Shown: positions 9,077-18,924, counted from the stretch's first letter. The stretch: 64,000 nt of DNA from Candidatus Parcubacteria bacterium (GCA_023131895.1 JAGLYZ010000002.1:43364-107363); one strand, 5' to 3'. The notes: generated by a model not told the origin, from the sequence alone. Program-made: numbers and translations.

Positions 9077-9649
9077 ATGCTTGATTTTAAAGAATTAGAC
9101 AAAGGGATAACAATTATTATAGATAAGCAGCCGTATGAAATTTTAGAGGCCTCCCGCCTATTTAAAGGAAGAGGCCATTCTGTTCTGCAGGTAAAAATAA
9201 AAAATCTAATTACTGGAGCTGTTGTTTCAAAAACATTTCATCCTTCCGATAGCTTTGAAGAAGCAGAGATTAAAAAATTTAAAGCAAAATTTTTGTATTT
9301 TCATCGTAGCCAATTTTTCTTTTCAAAAGCAAATGATCCTTCATTTAGGTTTTCTCTGCTGGAAAAAAATATTGGAGCAAGCAGTAAATTTTTAAAACAA
9401 AATTTAATAGTTGATGCCATATTGTTTCAAGATAAAGTTATTAATATCTCTTTGCCGATAAAACTGAATTTAAAAGTAATTGAGGCGCCGCCAGGAGTCC
9501 AAGGCAACCGCTCACAACCAGGATTAAAAAATGTTGTCTTAGAAACCAAAGCAAGAATAAATACTCCTTTATTTATCAAAGAAAACGATATAATAGAAAT
9601 AAACACTGAAACAAGTGAATATGTCCGTAGGATACAGTCCACAGATTGA
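9077..9649 (+). CDS. efp: elongation factor P
   Basis: 190-aa EF-P-like sequence with three OB/KOW-like segments. The tip loop reads FKGRGHS, with Arg at the usual modified-Lys position. Confidence 0.85.
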   Translation: MLDFKELDKGITIIIDKQPYEILEASRLFKGRGHSVLQVKIKNLITGAVVSKTFHPSDSFEEAEIKKFKAKFLYFHRSQFFFSKANDPSFRFSLLEKNIGASSKFLKQNLIVDAILFQDKVINISLPIKLNLKVIEAPPGVQGNRSQPGLKNVVLETKARINTPLFIKENDIIEINTETSEYVRRIQSTD

Positions 9650-9798
9650 CTTTTTATTATAATAGTTTATAATTCAATTTAGATGTAAGTTATCTCAATA
9701 AATTTTTTCTTTCCTTATACGAATATTTAGGAAAAAAAATTAAAATGAGAAAAGGTCGTCTTACATAAATAAATTCATATATTCATATAAGGAAACAG

Positions 9799-10125
9799 AT
9801 GAACAAAAAATTATATATTGGCGGTTTGTCTTACGATACTACCGAAGATGGGTTAAAAGATGCTTTTTCTAAAGCCGGAACTGTTGAGTCAGCAACTATT
9901 ATCATTGATAAGGTTTCTGGCCGTTCAAAAGGATTTGGCTTTGTGGAGATGGCTTCTGAAGAAGATGCTCAAAAAGCAATGGAAATGTTGAATGGAAAAG
10001 AACTTGATGGTCGCACTCTCACTGTAAATGAAGCTCGTCCTATGGAGGCTCGTCCTCAAAGGAGAGATTTCAACCGTGGCGGCGATCGGGATTCTAGAAA
10101 AGACAACCGCAGTGACCGTTGGTAA
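9799..10125 (+). CDS. RNA-binding protein with an RRM domain
   Basis: RNP2 LYIGGL, RNP1 KGFGFVEM, and an R/D-rich tail. Confidence 0.9.
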   Translation: MNKKLYIGGLSYDTTEDGLKDAFSKAGTVESATIIIDKVSGRSKGFGFVEMASEEDAQKAMEMLNGKELDGRTLTVNEARPMEARPQRRDFNRGGDRDSRKDNRSDRW

Positions 10126-10150
10126 AAACAACCGTCATTTAAAGCAAAAA

Positions 10151-10181
10151 AAACAGCTGCTTGGATTCAAGCAGCTGTTTT
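10151..10181. terminator. bidirectional terminator between convergent genes
   Basis: aacagctgcttg-gatt-caagcagctgtt, a 12-bp stem flanked by an A-run and a T-run. Confidence 0.8.
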
Positions 10182-10405
10182 TAATTGTTTTCTTCAATAT
10201 CCGCTTCTTTTTTTATTTCCTCAAATTCATTTTCAATCTCTTTAAGCCGCTCTTTGCTCGCCCTAATAAGCGCTATTGCCTCTTTTACTTTTTTCAACCC
10301 TTGCTCAATGTCAATCTCCTTTTGGCTGTCAAACCAATCAGCAATTTCAGATAAATTTTTTAGATTATTGTTTAAATTTTTAGCATCTAGCTTTTCTTTA
10401 GTCAT
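10181..10405 (-). CDS. xseB: exodeoxyribonuclease VII small subunit
   Basis: 74-aa helical protein immediately downstream of xseA, with a typical LEEALKLxxEG-like pattern (IDIEQGLKKVKEAIALIRASKERLKE). Confidence 0.75.
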   Translation of the reverse strand: MTKEKLDAKNLNNNLKNLSEIADWFDSQKEIDIEQGLKKVKEAIALIRASKERLKEIENEFEEIKKEADIEENN

Positions 10406-10452
10406 TTTTATTTTTGTTATTTTTATTTACCATATTAAATTCGCAAAAGCGA

Positions 10453-11580
10453 TTATTTAACAGGGTGAATATTTTTAACTTCTGAAATAATTTTTCCATC
10501 TATCACTCTTAAATCTATGTTTTCTCCTATTTTAGCGTCATCTACTCGCTTAATTATCTTTCCATAATGGCTGGCGATGCTGTAACCAAGACGAAGCTGG
10601 CGCTCCGGATTATTAAGCTCAATGATTTTAACAGAATGTTCAAGTCGCTGGCTGATTGTTGACAATAATGATTTAAATCCAAATACGGATTTTTCCCACG
10701 AGTTCTTTATGCTAATATTAACATTTTCCAAAACATTTCCATAGAAGCCGATAGTGTCTCTTTCATGCTTTTCTAATAAAAGCATAGCATGCTTCCATGA
10801 TTCATTAAGAAGATTCGCAGCAGCAGTAGGAGTAGAAACTGAAACATCTGCCGCTAAAGCAGCAAGCGGTTCATTTTTATGGTGCCCTATTCCAAGAACT
10901 ACTGGAACCGGGAAATTAACTATTTCCATAACTAACAATTCATTATTAAATGCCATCATTGACTCTAATGATCCTCCGCCGCGAATTATAACAAGAACGT
11001 CAATATCCTGTTTTACGAATGTCCTTATTGACGATAAAAGATCTGCTACTGCCACTTGGCCCTCAACGCGAGAATCAATCATCTTAATTTTAAAGCCAAA
11101 TTTTCCTAAATTATTTAAAAAATCCGCTAAAACAGCACCTTGGCGCGAGGTAATCACACCGATTTTCTGCGGATACTTTAGGATCGGCCGCTTTCTAATT
11201 TCAGCAAAAGCGCCTTGCTCGGTTAGTTTTTTCTTTAATCTCTTATACTCTTTTTCTAAAGTCCCCTCTCCTGCATATTCAATTGTTTCCGCTATAAAAG
11301 AAAATCCATATAACGGATGCATGCTTGGAGAGCCAAAAGCAATAATTTTATCCCCTATCTTTAATTTAATGCCATAAATACTATATATAGATTTCCAAAT
11401 TATGCATTTTATTATACTTCCATCTTTTTCGTCTTTTAAAGAAAAATAGACATGGCCTGTTGGTCCAAAACTAATCTCGCTTACTTCTCCTATAATTTTT
11501 GCTCTATATTTTTTTAATTCTGTATTAAGAATATCAATGTATTCAGAAACAGAAAAAATTTTGTCTTTGCTATACTCCAT
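10453..11580 (-). CDS. xseA: exodeoxyribonuclease VII large subunit
   Basis: N-terminal OB fold (VSEISFGPTGHVYFSLKD) and a catalytic region with IRGGGSLESMMAFNNE. Confidence 0.85.
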   Translation of the reverse strand: MEYSKDKIFSVSEYIDILNTELKKYRAKIIGEVSEISFGPTGHVYFSLKDEKDGSIIKCIIWKSIYSIYGIKLKIGDKIIAFGSPSMHPLYGFSFIAETIEYAGEGTLEKEYKRLKKKLTEQGAFAEIRKRPILKYPQKIGVITSRQGAVLADFLNNLGKFGFKIKMIDSRVEGQVAVADLLSSIRTFVKQDIDVLVIIRGGGSLESMMAFNNELLVMEIVNFPVPVVLGIGHHKNEPLAALAADVSVSTPTAAANLLNESWKHAMLLLEKHERDTIGFYGNVLENVNISIKNSWEKSVFGFKSLLSTISQRLEHSVKIIELNNPERQLRLGYSIASHYGKIIKRVDDAKIGENIDLRVIDGKIISEVKNIHPVK

Positions 11581-11585
11581 AAAAA

Positions 11586-12605
11586 TTATCCGAAATAATG
11601 AAAATATAACCAGATTATTAAAAACAATAAAATTGTGCGAAAAACAAATAACAGTTTTAAGGTTATACGATGTCTATCTGCTTTGAATATAGCATACCAG
11701 TTCATAGCATTTACGAAAAGCAAAGACCGGCAACAAAATTTCAAGGTTTCCCATCTGCTAAATTTTCTGGATTGCTCTACCCAATTATATTTAAGTTTTA
11801 TAGCTTCTTTTGCAAAATTAAAATTCAATAATTTTTGATAATCAAAATTTAATACTAAATCAATTTCCATGGTTCCTAAGAGACTATGCTTATATCTAAC
11901 TTTTCTCTTTATTTCTTTTTTTATTTTTTCTGTAGCTTTTTTTATGCCCCCTCCAATTGGTTTATCTAAAAAGAACAAAACAGATTCTATAGAATAAATA
12001 GCTGCTTTATCAGCCATTTTCAAACAAATTTTTGGAACAAACAAAGCTCCTAAAACAGAAGAAAGAGCGATATAGTATGGTATTAAAATGGCTTTGAATT
12101 TCTCCCACCAGTTTGCTTTAGCCCGAATTGTTTTTCTTATATCCCTTCCCCATAAAATCCTGCCCTCGTATTTCATTTTCTTAAAGAGCATAGATTGGGA
12201 AGCCACTAGTATTGCTCCCAATAATAAATCCTTTCTCTTTATTTTGCCTTCTACCCAATCTATGTCTGTTGGTCCGAAAACTTCATAGGGCACATAAAGT
12301 TTGGTCTTGGCTAAAACCTTTTTAACTTCATCTTTTTTATCACCAACAGAGCAGGATTCTTTGAGTTTTGTATCATATTTCTCATCTAATCTCCAAAATA
12401 TCTTGTCTGTATATTCTTTTACCTCTTTCACTAATTCCGGCCTTTTAACCTGAATTATCAAATCTACATCGCTTATTCCTCTTTTCCATTCCCCTCTTGC
12501 CGCACTGCCAAACAGCAAAATAAAATCCAAATCTTCCTTAAATCTCTCTGCTAATTTTTTAGAAAATTCCTGTAAAAACCTTTGAATTCTTTGTTGCTCT
12601 TCCAT
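11586..12605 (-). CDS. nucleotidyltransferase-domain protein with a hydrophobic C-terminus
   Basis: Minimal NTase signature LFGSAARGEW...SDVDLII. The C-terminal about 40 aa are strongly hydrophobic. Confidence 0.6.
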   Translation of the reverse strand: MEEQQRIQRFLQEFSKKLAERFKEDLDFILLFGSAARGEWKRGISDVDLIIQVKRPELVKEVKEYTDKIFWRLDEKYDTKLKESCSVGDKKDEVKKVLAKTKLYVPYEVFGPTDIDWVEGKIKRKDLLLGAILVASQSMLFKKMKYEGRILWGRDIRKTIRAKANWWEKFKAILIPYYIALSSVLGALFVPKICLKMADKAAIYSIESVLFFLDKPIGGGIKKATEKIKKEIKRKVRYKHSLLGTMEIDLVLNFDYQKLLNFNFAKEAIKLKYNWVEQSRKFSRWETLKFCCRSLLFVNAMNWYAIFKADRHRITLKLLFVFRTILLFLIIWLYFHYFG

Positions 12606-12607
12606 AA

Positions 12608-13459
12608 TTATACTTCAAATAAAATTTTAGCTTCTTTTATTAAAGAATTTAAGTTTTTTTCCGAAATTCCTGTTTGCTTTGAGAATTTCCGAGGATTAAT
12701 TTTTAGAACATCTTTTGCTAAAATCACCTTTCTTTTAATAAAAACCTCAGCCAAGCCTTCCTTTAAAGAAGGCAAAATAGTTATAGGATAAAAACCGTTT
12801 TTATCAATTATATATTCCAGACCTCCTGATTTAGGGCATTTCCAGCCCAGAAGCTCAATCCCTGCGCATCTTGAATATTCAGCCGCTGCTTTGGTAAATT
12901 TAGCATTAGTAACCAAAATAGGCCTTACATTAAAGCCATTAAGCTCTTTTCTTTCAAATACATTTCCTTTTCTTATATCTAAAGTCTTAGCCCGATAAGC
13001 CAAAGCGGTTTCTGAATGAATACGTCCTTCTTCTAATAAAGATCTAAACTTACACTCGCCGACATAAACCAGATTTCCTTTTTTGGCCAAAAAATCGATT
13101 TCATATTTCAAGCAATCGCCCTGAAGATATTGATTTAATCTAACCTTATATCCTTGTCTGAAGAAAATTTCTCCAATAAATTTCTCAAAGGGAAAACCGC
13201 TGGGCCCCAATTTTTTCATTCCTTCTTTCAAAGAAAATTTTATTCCTAATTTAAGAGACTCTCGATTTAAAAGTTCTTTTATTCTTTTAAAAATCTCTGA
13301 TGTTTTGATGCCAGGATAGGCTTCCATTTGAATAACTTGGCTAATCTCTCGGGCCAATTTCTTTGAAGCGCCCGCTTTCCTGGCGCTCCGATAAACTTTC
13401 CTTAAAGAAAACGGCTTTCTTTCCCCTCTGAAATTAATTACATAAATAGATTTTTCCAT
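12608..13459 (-). CDS. ATP-cone domain fused to a Mrr/restriction-endonuclease-like (PD-(D/E)xK) domain
   Basis: N-terminal ATP-cone-like YVINFRGERKPFSLRKVYRSARKAG. The nuclease core is EIDFLAKKGNLVYVGECKF. Confidence 0.6.
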   Translation of the reverse strand: MEKSIYVINFRGERKPFSLRKVYRSARKAGASKKLAREISQVIQMEAYPGIKTSEIFKRIKELLNRESLKLGIKFSLKEGMKKLGPSGFPFEKFIGEIFFRQGYKVRLNQYLQGDCLKYEIDFLAKKGNLVYVGECKFRSLLEEGRIHSETALAYRAKTLDIRKGNVFERKELNGFNVRPILVTNAKFTKAAAEYSRCAGIELLGWKCPKSGGLEYIIDKNGFYPITILPSLKEGLAEVFIKRKVILAKDVLKINPRKFSKQTGISEKNLNSLIKEAKILFEV

Positions 13460-13468
13460 AAAAATAGA

Positions 13469-13690
13469 TTATTGATTAACTTCAAAAATTTTATTTCGTT
13501 GTTCAAACCCTTTAACCAATTTTATCTTTGAGTGTGAAATATTAAAATATGAAGCCAAAGCATCTCTTACTGCTCTATTTGCTAAACCCTTTACTGGCTT
13601 CGCCTTAACCTTAATCTCAAAACTATCTTCTGATTTTTTAATTATCTCTTTCTTTTTTGAATTTGGAAAAACTTTAACCTTAATCAACAT
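13469..13690 (-). CDS. DUF167 (YggU) family protein
   Basis: KVKAKPVKGLANRAV...IKLVKGFEQRNKIFEV pattern. Confidence 0.7.
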   Translation of the reverse strand: MLIKVKVFPNSKKKEIIKKSEDSFEIKVKAKPVKGLANRAVRDALASYFNISHSKIKLVKGFEQRNKIFEVNQ

Positions 13691-13699
13691 TTTTCCGGG

Positions 13700-14245
13700 T
13701 TAATCAAATATTCTTGTTTGGCGATAAAATTTTATCTTTAACTTAGCCAAATCAGAATTTTCTGAAACTTCAAAAATTTTGGCAAACTCTTTTCCCGTAT
13801 CAGGAAGAATGCTTCCGCTAAACTTCTCTTCTTCCGATAGCCAGTAATTGGCTTTATAGGAAGAAGTAAATTTTCTTCCTTCTACATCAATAAAATAAAC
13901 GGTTGAAAGGTTAATTGAATCTTTTCTTTTGTTCAATGCTTTTATTTTTACTTTCACGAACTTTCCCTCTGTTTCCAAATCCTTTATTCTTTTTAATTCC
14001 TCTTCATTAACAGGAGGAGACGCTATTTCTGCTGCTTTTAAGATATTTCCCATTTCCTCAACTTCTAAAATCTCGCAGCTAATGTTTTTTGACTCAACTG
14101 ATTTTTCAGGCAGACAATTAATTTGAATGGTGTGAAATTTTTCCATTGAAACAAAAAACAAAAAAATTCCTCCAAAAACCAAAAGCACTCCCATTATTCC
14201 CCCTAAAATTCCGATTAGAAAAATTCTTTTTTCTTGATTTTCCAT
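13700..14245 (-). CDS. membrane-anchored hypothetical protein (DUF4352-like beta domain suspected)
   Basis: N-terminal TM segment IFLIGILGGIMGVLLVFGGIFLFFV followed by a beta-rich extracytoplasmic region. Confidence 0.5.
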   Translation of the reverse strand: MENQEKRIFLIGILGGIMGVLLVFGGIFLFFVSMEKFHTIQINCLPEKSVESKNISCEILEVEEMGNILKAAEIASPPVNEEELKRIKDLETEGKFVKVKIKALNKRKDSINLSTVYFIDVEGRKFTSSYKANYWLSEEEKFSGSILPDTGKEFAKIFEVSENSDLAKLKIKFYRQTRIFD

Positions 14246-14249
14246 AATT

Positions 14250-15281
14250 TTAATTCTTAATCTGTGCTCGTTTAATCATAAATAGCACATTTTCATTAGC
14301 GTTTTTATACCTAATATCGATCTCTAGATGATGACTTTGCCAAACTCTAAAAACTTCATCAGCAAAGGATTGACCAATGGTATTAATATTCTTAAAATCA
14401 ATAATTATTGTTCTAAATTTGTCCAATCCGCTAAGAACTCTTCGTGCTTGAGAACGCGAAATAAAAACATTATTCATCTGATAAAGGTCAACCGTCACTT
14501 CGGTTTTACTAAATTCAAATGTATTTCCGGCAAATTTCTTAAATATAGCATTTAAATTTTGCATAGCTTTTTTGCCAATTTCAAATCGTACTTTTGTCCC
14601 TTTAATTGCTTTTATGTCTTTAATAAAAATATCATTGAGCTGGTTGTCAATAATTAATTTTTTGGTTGAACTATTAATAATTAATTTATCAGCTACTTTT
14701 GAAGTAAAAAAAATGCCCTCGCCTGTATGTTCTTTAGGGACAGTGGTTTGTTTTCCTTTTAAAAGGTCCTGAATTGCTTCTAATTCGTTTTTTAATCCTC
14801 TTTTTTCCATCAAATTATTAAAAATACCTATTCCAAAATCAATCACTTCAAAATTGACGCTAAATTTATCTTTTTCCATTATAACAACTATTTCTTTTGA
14901 ATTAGAGTGTTCAATAGCATTGTTTAACATCTCAGTAAAAGCGTAATCCAAAATAGAAACGATATTTTTTGGTAAATCCAAAAATATCCCGCAATCTTCC
15001 TTTATTTGATCTAAAATGTCAGATTCAGAAAGATTTTTGTTTTTAAGGATCCGCTTAATACTTAAAATTTCTCTTTTTGTTTTTCGGACAACACTCTTTC
15101 TTGCTTCAATATAGTGAGCCTGATTTGCTTTTCCAATTAAAGCAATTTTTTCCTGATTTACTAATTCCCTAAAGGATCTATTGATATAGGCGCGCGAAAA
15201 CCCAGTTGCTTTAACTACATCAGCAACCTTAACTTTCTTATTCTTTTTTAGGTGTTTTAATATTAATGCTTTTATATCCAT
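14250..15281 (-). CDS. wHTH - GHKL-type ATPase-like - STAS-like (DUF4325-type) regulator
   Basis: N-terminal wHTH (VKVADVVKATGFSRAYINRSFRELV). The middle region carries LNNAIEHS / DFGIGIF / GEGIFF, an anti-sigma-kinase-like ATP-binding fold. The C-terminal region resembles STAS. Confidence 0.55.
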   Translation of the reverse strand: MDIKALILKHLKKNKKVKVADVVKATGFSRAYINRSFRELVNQEKIALIGKANQAHYIEARKSVVRKTKREILSIKRILKNKNLSESDILDQIKEDCGIFLDLPKNIVSILDYAFTEMLNNAIEHSNSKEIVVIMEKDKFSVNFEVIDFGIGIFNNLMEKRGLKNELEAIQDLLKGKQTTVPKEHTGEGIFFTSKVADKLIINSSTKKLIIDNQLNDIFIKDIKAIKGTKVRFEIGKKAMQNLNAIFKKFAGNTFEFSKTEVTVDLYQMNNVFISRSQARRVLSGLDKFRTIIIDFKNINTIGQSFADEVFRVWQSHHLEIDIRYKNANENVLFMIKRAQIKN

Positions 15282-15294
15282 ATTTTTTTAACTT

Positions 15295-15344
15295 TCTTGT
15301 CAGTTGACAACTTTATTGTATCCCCAAAATTCAAAGTTGTCAAC
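15295..15344 (-). promoter_or_regulatory. near-consensus promoter (TTGACA-17-TACAAT, minus strand) embedded in a 12-bp-arm inverted repeat
   Basis: The -35 is the reverse complement of 15338-15343 and the -10 the reverse complement of 15315-15320. The inverted repeat is gttgacaacttt (15303-14) / aaagttgtcaac (15333-44), with an extra ttgtca at 15295-15300. Confidence 0.5.
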
Positions 15345-15453
15345 AAGTTGTATACAATTTTAGTTGCTCCATAATCCATATTTCAATTCTACCAGAAAAC
15401 TGCTTTCTTGGCGATAGGGCCTGTTAGGCACTCAATATCTAACACACACCAAT

Positions 15454-15906
15454 CTATCCGATGTCAATCACCTTGTATTTTTTCTTGCCTTGAGGAGCAT
15501 CAACTTCAATAATATCTCCTTTCTTTTTACCTAAAAGAGCTCCACCTAAAGGAGAATTAAATGAGATTTTACCTTTTAAAATATCTACTTCTTCTGTCTC
15601 GACAATCTGGAATTTTTCTTTTCTTCCTTCTAATTTTAAAGAAACAAAAGAACCTATTTGGCTTCTACCATTTTCTTTCTTTTCTATCACTTTAGCTTGG
15701 GCAATAATTTCTCTTAACTCTTTTATTTTTCCCTCAACAAATCCCTGTTTTTCTTTAGCTATATGATATCCAGCATTTTCTTTCAAATCGCCCTGAGAAG
15801 AAGTATGTTTTAGATCCTCTGAAACCTCTTTTCTTATAACTTTCTCTAGGTACTCCAGCTCTTTTTTTATTTTCTTCAAACCTTCCTGTGTTAAATATTT
15901 TGTCAT
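15454..15906 (-). CDS. greA: transcription elongation factor GreA
   Basis: GDLKENAGYHIAKEKQ motif in the coiled-coil N-domain plus a C-terminal FKBP-like domain. Confidence 0.9.
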   Translation of the reverse strand: MTKYLTQEGLKKIKKELEYLEKVIRKEVSEDLKHTSSQGDLKENAGYHIAKEKQGFVEGKIKELREIIAQAKVIEKKENGRSQIGSFVSLKLEGRKEKFQIVETEEVDILKGKISFNSPLGGALLGKKKGDIIEVDAPQGKKKYKVIDIG

Positions 15907-15925
15907 ATTTTTTCTTTATTATTCT

Positions 15926-15954
15926 AATTTAACTCATTTTTGGGATTTTAGCAA
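15926..15954 (-). promoter_or_regulatory. promoter TTGCTA-17-TAAATT; member of a duplicated leader module
   Basis: Minus strand reads ttgctaaaatcccaaaaatgagttaaattagaataataaagaaaaaatATG. It is near-identical to the module at 18925-18973. Confidence 0.5.
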
Positions 15955-16002
15955 TAAAAAAAATTGTTGAAGTTATGCCTCAACAATTAAATATGTTCTT
16001 TT

Positions 16003-18924
16003 TTATCTTCGCGCAAAGTCGCAGATGTCTTTGAAATCGCAAAAAGAGCATTGCCAGCCGGGTGTTGCTTTAAAATCGCTCTTTTTTATTTCCTCAATTT
16101 CCTTGATTATTTTCTCTTTCAACCGGTTTTTTTCTTTTTCAGAGCCCAGAAAAAATGTTTTCTTGTTGTCGTTTAGATAATAATAAATCAGTTCTTTTGG
16201 ATCTATTTTGAAAATCTCTTCAGCCGCTATTTGATAAATTAATAATTGCTCTTTATCGTCTAATGATAATTTCTCTTTTGAACTTCCTGTTTTGTAATCA
16301 ATAATCGCGGCTCCGCCTTGTTTCTCATCAATCCTGTCTATCCTGCCGCGCAAACTATTATCCCCTATTTTCAAGCTAAACGGAATTTCCAAAGCTAAAA
16401 CATTGTTGATTTTTAAAATCTTTGGCTGTTTTTTTGAAAATTCGCTGTAAAAATCTTTAATTATTTTTTTACCGAGCTTGTAATACTCCTCTTTTTGTTT
16501 TTTATTTTCATACCATTCATCAATCCAGTTTTTCTCGTAAATTTTAACTAAATAGTCAAAATTTACGAGCCCTTCCGAAGTTTTTTCCCCATCAAAGCCA
16601 AATAAATTGCTTTGGTTTTTTATATTATTCTCATTGGCGTATTTTAAAAAGTCATATAAAGTGTTGTGCATTGCCTTTCCGAATGAAAACACTGCCTTGC
16701 CTTTTATTGGAATTTTTAAAATAAAAGCAAATTTGTACTGCAAAGGACATTTGCTGAAAGCCGCTAATTGCGAGAAAGAAAAATGTTCAGGCAGATAATC
16801 AGGACTTATTCTTGTCCTGCCAGCAGAAGCAACAGGTTTTACTTTTAATAACCCATTAACAGTTTCTCCGTCTTTCTCTTCTTTTTTATAGCCCATTTCT
16901 ATTAAAAAACGCGACAATTTCTTTTTTCTCATGCCGCCGTAATCTTCGGCTGAAAAGAAATAAAGCTCTTTTTTAGCCCTGGTCATTGCCACATAGCAGA
17001 TGCGCCTTTCTTCCTGCAAATGGATGTCGCCAGTCGGTTTTATGTCTTTAATCAATTCTTCGGGAAGTTCTATTAAATCTTTTCTTTCAATGGTCGGAAA
17101 TCTTTTATCTACCATATTAACTAAAAAGACATACTTGAATTCCAAGCCCTTGGCTCCGTGAATGGTCATTATTTTTATCATATCAGGACCCTGTTCCGGA
17201 TCAAATTCAAGCTTTCCCTCTTCACCAGATTCTATTTCCAAATTTATTTCCAGCATGAAATTACTCAAGCTTGGCTCAATTGTTGTTTCTTCAAAATTCT
17301 TTACTTTTTTATAAAATTGATTGAGCAAATCAAGCTGTTCTTTGGCTTCTAGCTTTATTAAATATTTCAGATAGCCTGAATCTTCAAGAAAAGCCACCAG
17401 TATTTCTGAAACTGTTTTTTCTTGCGCAAGGACGCTGTGTCTTTTAATCAAACTCAAAACAAAAGCGATTTTCTCCTGCGTTTTTTGGGAAACTCCTTGA
17501 ATCAAAGCAAGCTCTTCCATTGCTTCATAAAGCGATTTTGTCCTTTTATGGCTGTATTGCGTAAGCTTTATTATGTCTTGCAAGGGAATTTCCAAAAACG
17601 GCATATTTAAAATCCTGTAAACAGCCGTGCTTTCATGATAATTGTCCAAAAGCTTAAAATATGAAATAATATCCAAAACCACGGGCTTTGAATAAAGCCC
17701 CTTTGAAGCTAAAAATTGATAAGGCAAACCAGCGCGTTCCAGCGCTTTGGTAAAAAGATTTGCCGCATCATTTGCCCTTACTAAAATCGCAAAATCATTA
17801 TAAACGGCATCCTTATCCCTTTTAAGAATCTCTAAAATTTTCTTTATTGTTTTCCCGACTTCTTCATCTAAACTCTTGGCGAAAATATGTTCAATTATCC
17901 CGCTTCCTTTTTTCTGGGCAAGCAGTTTTTTATTAATTTTATTTACATATTCAAGCCGGTTTGGGTCGTTGGCTTTTATAAATTTGTAGGCTAAATCCAA
18001 AATATTCTGGCTAGACCTGTAATTTTTAACCAAAGAAATTTCTTTTGCCTTGGGAAAATCCTTTTTGAATTGTATGATATTTGAAAAAGACGCGCCCCTC
18101 CACTTATAAATTGATTGATCGTCGTCGGCGCAGACTGTCAGATTATTCTTTGGCTTTGCCAAAATCTTTATAAGTTCATACTGCGCCCAGTTTGTGTCCT
18201 GAAACTCATCAACTAAAATGTACTTGAATTTCCCCCTGTATTTTTTTAAAATCATGGGTCTTTTTTGAAAAAGTTTCAAACAATAATTAATTAAATCGCC
18301 AAAATCCAATGAGCTGTTTTCCAAAAGCAAGCGCTGATAAACATGATATGCGTTAGCGACTTCTTTTATTCTTTCTGATTCATTGCTTTCCGGCAAGTCA
18401 GTAAGATTGGTTTTCAGCTTATCCGCGTATTTTAAATAATCCTCGGGATAAATTGCCTGGTCTTTGCAATGAGAAAAATGCGAAATCAGAGCCTGGATAA
18501 ATTTTGTCGGGTTGCCCAAGGGTTTGTAATAATCAAGTTCAAACTTGTCTAAATTCCGATAAACCAAAAGCCAGCCAGCAGTATTATCTAAAATTTTGAA
18601 ATCAGCAGGCAAACCTATATCTAAGGCATAATCCCTTAAAATTCTTTCGCAGAAAGAATGAAAAGTGGAAATCCATAAATCCACATAACCAAAAGGTAAA
18701 AGCTTGTCAACCCTTTCCTCCATTTCTTCGGCTGCTTTTTCAGTAAAAGTAACAGCCAGGATTTCCTCTGTTTTAGCCTCTCCTCTTTCTATTAGATAAA
18801 CGATTCTCTGAGTGATAACCGTTGTTTTTCCGGTCCCGGCGCCAGCGACAATTAAAAGCGGCCCATTGCCATAAACTACAGCTTTTCTTTGTTCTTCATT
18901 TAGTTTTTTTAAATCCAATGCCAT
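16003..18924 (-). CDS. UvrD/PcrA-type SF1 helicase fused to a C-terminal PD-(D/E)xK nuclease with a Cys cluster (AddA/AddB-like)
   Basis: Walker A AGAGTGKTT, VDEFQDTN, TIHGAKGLEF and YVAMTRAK. The C-terminus has CPLQYKF...DYKTG...CSFCDFKDIC, a Cas4/AddB-type cluster. Confidence 0.85.
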   Translation of the reverse strand: MALDLKKLNEEQRKAVVYGNGPLLIVAGAGTGKTTVITQRIVYLIERGEAKTEEILAVTFTEKAAEEMEERVDKLLPFGYVDLWISTFHSFCERILRDYALDIGLPADFKILDNTAGWLLVYRNLDKFELDYYKPLGNPTKFIQALISHFSHCKDQAIYPEDYLKYADKLKTNLTDLPESNESERIKEVANAYHVYQRLLLENSSLDFGDLINYCLKLFQKRPMILKKYRGKFKYILVDEFQDTNWAQYELIKILAKPKNNLTVCADDDQSIYKWRGASFSNIIQFKKDFPKAKEISLVKNYRSSQNILDLAYKFIKANDPNRLEYVNKINKKLLAQKKGSGIIEHIFAKSLDEEVGKTIKKILEILKRDKDAVYNDFAILVRANDAANLFTKALERAGLPYQFLASKGLYSKPVVLDIISYFKLLDNYHESTAVYRILNMPFLEIPLQDIIKLTQYSHKRTKSLYEAMEELALIQGVSQKTQEKIAFVLSLIKRHSVLAQEKTVSEILVAFLEDSGYLKYLIKLEAKEQLDLLNQFYKKVKNFEETTIEPSLSNFMLEINLEIESGEEGKLEFDPEQGPDMIKIMTIHGAKGLEFKYVFLVNMVDKRFPTIERKDLIELPEELIKDIKPTGDIHLQEERRICYVAMTRAKKELYFFSAEDYGGMRKKKLSRFLIEMGYKKEEKDGETVNGLLKVKPVASAGRTRISPDYLPEHFSFSQLAAFSKCPLQYKFAFILKIPIKGKAVFSFGKAMHNTLYDFLKYANENNIKNQSNLFGFDGEKTSEGLVNFDYLVKIYEKNWIDEWYENKKQKEEYYKLGKKIIKDFYSEFSKKQPKILKINNVLALEIPFSLKIGDNSLRGRIDRIDEKQGGAAIIDYKTGSSKEKLSLDDKEQLLIYQIAAEEIFKIDPKELIYYYLNDNKKTFFLGSEKEKNRLKEKIIKEIEEIKKSDFKATPGWQCSFCDFKDICDFARR

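Noticed and set aside
10754-11377. Long antisense ORFs in the track (for example 10754-11377, 33645-34052, 34557-35090, 44922-45416, 50050-50514, 60543-61013, 51852-52259)
   Set aside because: Each lies entirely opposite a well-supported gene with clear family motifs. Their translations are low-complexity, S/F/L-rich shadow frames.
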